DNA of 64,000 nucleotides from Spongospora subterranea f. sp. subterranea (lineage: Eukaryota), in the NCBI GenBank assembly GCA_049724395.1, contig JAUGWO010000008.1, positions 62,001 to 126,000 on the forward strand, read 5' to 3'. Shown one piece after another: positions 58,640 through 64,000 of the stretch. The notes under the pieces are model-generated. The model searched no databases. It worked only from the letters and a program-made list of their open reading frames with translations, and was not told the origin of the DNA. Within the stretch, counting starts at the first letter, position 1; each line of letters opens with the position of its first letter. A program made the translations under genes and the position numbers.

Positions 58640-59110
58640 TCGAGCAGTCTTTTTTGACAAAAATGATATGTCTCATAAGTTTCAATATGCTGGACATCGA
58701 TATGAAATTGGCCGCGTAAGCGAAATGGTCCACGTATCAGGAGGTGTTCCGTGTTGGTCATGGCCAGACATTCGTTTGGCTCGGAATTGTGCTGTGCCGA
58801 GCCTGATCAAGGATGACAAACCTTCCGCTGACAAGGGTTACAGAGATGGGCGTAAACATTCCTTGACTCCAATTGAATATCCGTCATCAGAACAGGATCA
58901 TCTGCTGAACCGTCAACTCACATTATTACACGCACTACACGAAATGGTCAACAAACGATTCAAACACTTTCGGTGATAAAGAACAATTCAAACATTCCCG
59001 AAAGCAACATCAGGTAGTTGTTGCTGCCTGTGCGAATCTGGTGCAGTTGAAGCTGATCGGGCAGCCTTTACCTGAAGCACATAAAATGCTGTTCAAGGCG
59101 TTTCGTTAAC
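58640..59110 (+). pseudogene. PIF/Harbinger-ISL2EU-like transposase remnant
   Basis: SHKF..AG.RYEIG, GGVPC..WPDI, ADKGYRDG, HEMVNKRFKHF. Confidence 0.7.
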
Positions 59111-59820
59111 CTATAGAATTCCCCAGTGTACAACCGTCAGTAATCAATACGCTTTTGATGATTTCCAACAAAGACCGCATCTTCCTGTAGAGGTCCTTGG
59201 TATCACGGAATCCGAACTGATTGGAAAGTGTCAAATGGGTTTATTAATTTCATTGTATTGTCCATGTTAACGCACTTTCGCTCACAATCCCCAATTTTCA
59301 AGAATCAGGGCACCGGCGATGGTCTGTTTCGAAACAGTTTCCTCAGGTGTGTGGAAATATCGACAACCAACCCATGCCCTAATGCTGATGTGCGAAACGG
59401 GGCATCTGGACAACAGCGCCTAACTCAACCTGTTTGTTGACCAGCGAGAGATGTACCGCTTCATCGGGATTGTTTTCATGCCTCCGACTATATCGACGTT
59501 AGAAATGTTTCCACAACAGCAGCAGTTTCGTTGGCCAACCAACAGCCAGGTCTCGTTCAACGCCTTTAACAAGCCGAACAATACTCGCGATCAGTACCCA
59601 CAGGACGCCCCAGAACCGCGAGTCGCCTCATTCCAACCGCTGACGACCGGGTTCATCGACTAAATCCGCTGTGTTGGCCCATCGTAGACCTGCCATTAAC
59701 GATTGTAATCTGCCCCCAACCGACACATAGTAAACGGCGCCCACGACCGCTCTGATCGGCCATTCGGAGGATGTGACCGATTCCGGTATTCCCTGATTTA
59801 TCTGTCCCATTAGCGAAGAT

Positions 59821-60217
59821 ATGGCGATACTCGCCGACGATGAACCGTATAGGCCAAAGATCACCCGCAATTGGATCCCTCGTCTTGGTCGAACCATTCG
59901 CGGTGCCCTGGCATCGCCGATGGTATTCACAGCGCGTTGTTGCAACATTTTCGCCGAATCTCATGGATGATTCCCTATAGACGTTCCCCCTATTATACGT
60001 GGTGTCAGCTGGGGTTATGGGCGCCACCGCCTTCTCCATACAGAATATGTACCTGACGCCCGGGACGTTCTTCAGCAAAAAGCGCCGGCAGTATGGCTGG
60101 CCGATGCCCGATGACGAGGAGTTCGGCCGGTGGTACATCGAGAAACACTATCGCAGGTATTTCGTCAATCGACAGAAGGCGCTGTGGGAAAAGGCGGGGA
60201 TCCCACACCCCAAATAA
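59821..60217 (+). CDS. Small single-TM protein, B12D/NDUFA4-like; 2 exons
   Basis: ALASPM|TFPLLYVVSAGVMGATAFSIQNMYLTPG..SKKRR..GRWYIEKHYRRYF; intron ~59923-59980. Confidence 0.55.
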
Positions 60218-60571
60218 ACAGGCAGCCGTATTAGGGTTTCGTTATCTCCCGCCTTTGACAACCCTCGAAGGTAGTTTGATATCTGGTGAACGAGAACAGG
60301 TTCATATTTCCAACAGAGGTTTTCTCCAAATTCATGTACTTTCCCCGACGACGTTTACAAAATCGTCGTTGGTTTTACTAAATTGGGAAAACCATTCGAT
60401 AACCGTTTTTTCAAACAGTCGGCGCCAATTGCTTATGCGGATTAGCAAAATGAAACAGCAAACGCAAGCGTTGACCATGGTGCCGAAGGACCGCGGGGGT
60501 CACGTTCCTGGCGATACACACACCATCAATTGCGTGACGGCGGTGGTTTGGGCCTTGGCGCCATCCGAATC

Positions 60572-63320
60572 ATGGCGTTGGGGTCTGAGGACCTCCCGCT
60601 GGCGATATCGGTAGGGAGTCGGGTCCTGGTCCATCATTCACTGGGCCATGTCCGGTTCATTGGCCAAGTGGATTTCGCCGATGGCGAATGGATCGGTGTC
60701 GAACTTGATTATCCCGGTACAGTCAATCGCTGGTTGCCCAAAAACAACAACGCCATTTAACTGTGTTATCAAGTTGGCAACAACGATGGCAAAGTTGAAG
60801 ATACACGTTATTTTAGCTGTAGCTCTAGACACGGTGTGTTCATGCGCCGAAAACAGGTCTTTGCAAACTATTTTTGTGTCAAGGACGTTTTCGTTTGAGT
60901 TTGGATCGAATATTCCATCATGTGTAAAATCACTAAGTGCTTCGTTTGAGAATACTGATGATGACGTGAAAACTGCTTCTTTTCAACGACCTATTGCCCG
61001 TGATTCAACCTGACGTGTTCACCAGGTTCGATCGGTTCTGGACGAAAGGCCCGATAGCGAGGATCAGCGTTGGGGGAATGACGCCAGTCCATCGGTACCC
61101 GATATCCAGCAGGATTGCAGTGGGGTCTATACCGAACAGGAGATCGATCGCATTGGAGGTATGTGCCTATAATCCGTTGATCGTCATCGCCATGGAACGT
61201 AACTGGCGCCAACTCTATGCCAGGTGTTACACATAATGGCGATACACCCTATGAACGAATCTGGGTGTTCGGCGGAGAATCACCTGGGGCAACTGGGTCT
61301 GGGTCACCAGCGCAGCAATACGCTGGTGCCAGCGTTACTTGACCTTTTCCATCAGTACGATGATCGCCAGATCCTGCTGCAGGTGGTGTTCGGCGGCAGT
61401 CAAACTCTGGCGTTGACCGCCTATGAGCAACGGGCTCCTCGCGTGCTCACCAGTGGAAGCTGTTCGATTGGGGCCGGGATTCCCGGCGCCGAACGCGATT
61501 GTATTGTGTTCAAACCGCTGGCGTTAACGCCCCACGATTCCACGATCTCAGCGATCGGTGCCAGTGCAACACTTTGCGCCATTGGCTATGTGGACGGTCT
61601 GGTAGTCGTCTGGGGCGCGTGGTCTACGGAAACCAAGCTAGCGACATCGGGGATTGTTGCACTGCAATGCGCCGGCGACCGTCTCGTGATCTTGGACGAG
61701 AATGGGCGTGTAACTTTGTTCGACAAGGACATTATATCGATTCATGTGCTGTTTGACGACGCCCATAGCACACCTATCAAAACCATCGCCTGTAGCTTAA
61801 CTACGTGTCTGGCGCTATCAGGTCCCAATATTCATTTACTGTTTCCTTGACTGAAACTATGTTGTGTTCGTCGGTTATCGTGTTAATCGATGCAATTGGG
61901 ATTGTTTAGTCGTTTTTCAAGTGGTATTGAAAAAAAAAGGATTTATCATTTATTATCGGCATTTTTGCAATGGCAAAACTCTGTTGTCTTATTTCTGATT
62001 TCCGGCTTCCTGTCTGCTGAGTAATTTGCACTATACGGCTGTAGAGACGGGTTGCGTATGGGCATGGCCTGCGGACGGTTTTCCCGGTTCAGATCGGGCG
62101 ATAAGCGCTCAGAAAATCGATATCGGCGCCGTTATCGAACAGATCGACTGCGGAGATCGTCATTATCTCGCATTATCTGGTAATTCGACACAGACCCTAT
62201 TTCACCTGCAATGTTCGACGCGCTCATTCATGGCCAGACGATGGCGATATATTTGTGTGGGGCTGTGGTGAATATGGCGCTCTTGGAACGGGGTCCTTAC
62301 AAGATCAGGCAGAACCCATTATGCTGCCTTCCCTTTGCCGATCGGTGGTTCAGATCACCGCCGGGGCGCGCCACTCCATGTGTCTAACGGACCAAGGACG
62401 CGTCTGTTCTTGGGGCGACGGGTCCCAAGGGCAGCTGTACGAAAACCGATGTTTCGCTGACATGATTCGGTTCTCACGAATTTTAGTGGCCATGGCGACG
62501 TTTCCAGCTTCACCATCCCGCATCCGATCATCTCCCTAGACGGAAAAGGCGTCAAGCATATTCTTGCTGGTCCGGCACAATCTTTAGCATTTACACAACC
62601 GTTTATTGGTAATATTTCTGCAGAACTTTTCTGTCCACTCTAAAAAAGTCGTGCAGCTCCAACGCTGGTGCCCTCGTTAGTGACGTCGGAATTCAACGTC
62701 GATGCAGTTTCAGCACCGAGCATGTCTGAGCCGCCGTCATCGTTGAACGGGTTCAATGGCACTTTTGCCAGCGACTGCCTTGAGTTCGTTTCACAGTCTC
62801 CACGAAACAGCGCTACGCTGCTCTACGTTTGGAACGGGCGGCACTTAGGTCGGCATTTGTCAACATCGTCTTCCTGAGAGTAGGAATTTGTTGTTTCGTT
62901 CTTGAATTTCGTTTCTATTTCTGTCCTTGACATGAAGCTACTGTTTTGAGCTAACATGTGTTTTTATAAGAGGTGGACGCCATCGAATCGGATCGAGTTC
63001 AGCTTGTTCATCGATGCGTGCATTTCGAGGTCAGTGAGGAGATTCCATATCGTGGCGCATTAAACTTCTACCTTCGTAAGTGCTACGACCGCGATGCGTA
63101 CGTTTTCAAGCATCTAACGACGACGGCGGTGAAACACGAATGCCGAGATCATCGGTCAATCAAGGGCACATTGCTGCTCGTCTGTCAAGTTCGCGCGCTC
63201 TCAGCAGTAGCGGGAACAGATTCCATCCCCGACTGGATCAGCTGGTTTCTTGACGCATTTCACCCGCTGGATGTCGCTCCTCGTTTTGTGCAACTGGCAC
63301 CCCCTCCTGCACCTTCATGA
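60572..63320 (+). CDS. CAP-Gly + RCC1-repeat protein, multi-exon
   Basis: CAP-Gly GHVRFIG..FADGEWIGVELDYP|..GNNDGKV...RYF.C; RCC1 GENHLGQLGLG, IDCGDRH.LAL, WGCGEYGALG, ITAGARHS.CLT..G.V.SWG; extra G at ~61274; 3' exons tentative. Confidence 0.78.
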
Positions 63321-63480
63321 TTCTCCATATTCCTACTCACATTTTCTAAATTTCGTGTAATATGTGCTGTTAACAGGGTCATAGTTTTCGCTATATTTTC
63401 GTTCAACTGCGCTGCCAACGATAGAAGCTATTTTCTAGCACAATTGAACTTTTAACAGTGAAATATAGCAGGATATTTGG

Positions 63481-64000
63481 TCAATCAGCCTTTTTGGACT
63501 TGAATGATGATTTTCTCTCCATCATTTTGCTGGATGGCAATGGCGTTCGTGTACGACCAGAAAGATACTTGACCCGTTGACGACACATGTGCAAAAACAT
63601 GAACGGAGATCCCGGAACGTAGAGCGCAATGATGAGCTGTAACAACCGAGCCCAAGAAAACTCAAAGTTCCACACGTTCGGCATGGCGATCGACCACTGC
63701 TGAGTTTTGAAAAAAAATCCCAAACTGTTGTAAATGCATAGCGTTTCGGCAACGAACCCCATCGGATATAAAATCTGTAATACATAAGAATGACAACGGC
63801 GTCAAGAAAATGTGCAAATTGATCGCATACCAAAAATCCAGAGTATCGAAGCCATAAGAGAGGGTAAGGAACCGAGCCGAAACTGTTGACGGCGTAATAT
63901 AGATATCGGGGCACTTCAGCACAGGACCAGGCAACGCATAGCATGGCGACACACCAATTGGTTTGGACAGACTGGACCTATTGCCGAAAATCAACAATCA
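63481..64000 (-). CDS. HACD: Very-long-chain 3-hydroxyacyl-CoA dehydratase (PTPLA/PHS1 family); 5'-partial
   Basis: AWSCAEVPRYLYY, WLRYSGFL|ILYPMG..AE, YVPGSPFMFLHM..QR; C-terminal KKAD dilysine. Confidence 0.93.

Overview
Eukaryotic genomic DNA with short GT-AG introns, from a compact microbial eukaryote; the taxon cannot be fixed from sequence alone. Host genes: a very large ZNFX1-like SF1 RNA helicase (runs off the left edge), a CDK7-like kinase, a large RRM/coiled-coil protein, a rhodanese, a multi-pass membrane protein, P5C reductase, a candidate secreted protein, IES6, a CKK-domain protein, SNF7/VPS32, a B12D/NDUFA4-like protein, a CAP-Gly+RCC1 protein and HACD (runs off the right edge). 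RNA genes: five identical tRNA-Glu(UUC) and three U2 snRNA genes sharing a USE-like+TATA promoter. The middle ~35 kb is rich in copia, gypsy and hAT debris plus one intact hAT; a Harbinger-like remnant lies at ~59 kb. Most notable: (1) repeated local fold-back inverted duplications (about 90-400 bp arms, different ages) seen only in TE-derived or intergenic DNA, including a chain of five hairpins at 20.5-23.0 kb; (2) an orphan snRNA-type promoter followed by a divergent U6-like sequence complementary to the local U2 5' end; (3) copia primer-binding sites matching tRNA-Lys and tRNA-Asn halves. Several single-base frameshifts in host genes point to assembly indel errors. All domain calls are by eye; no searches were run.
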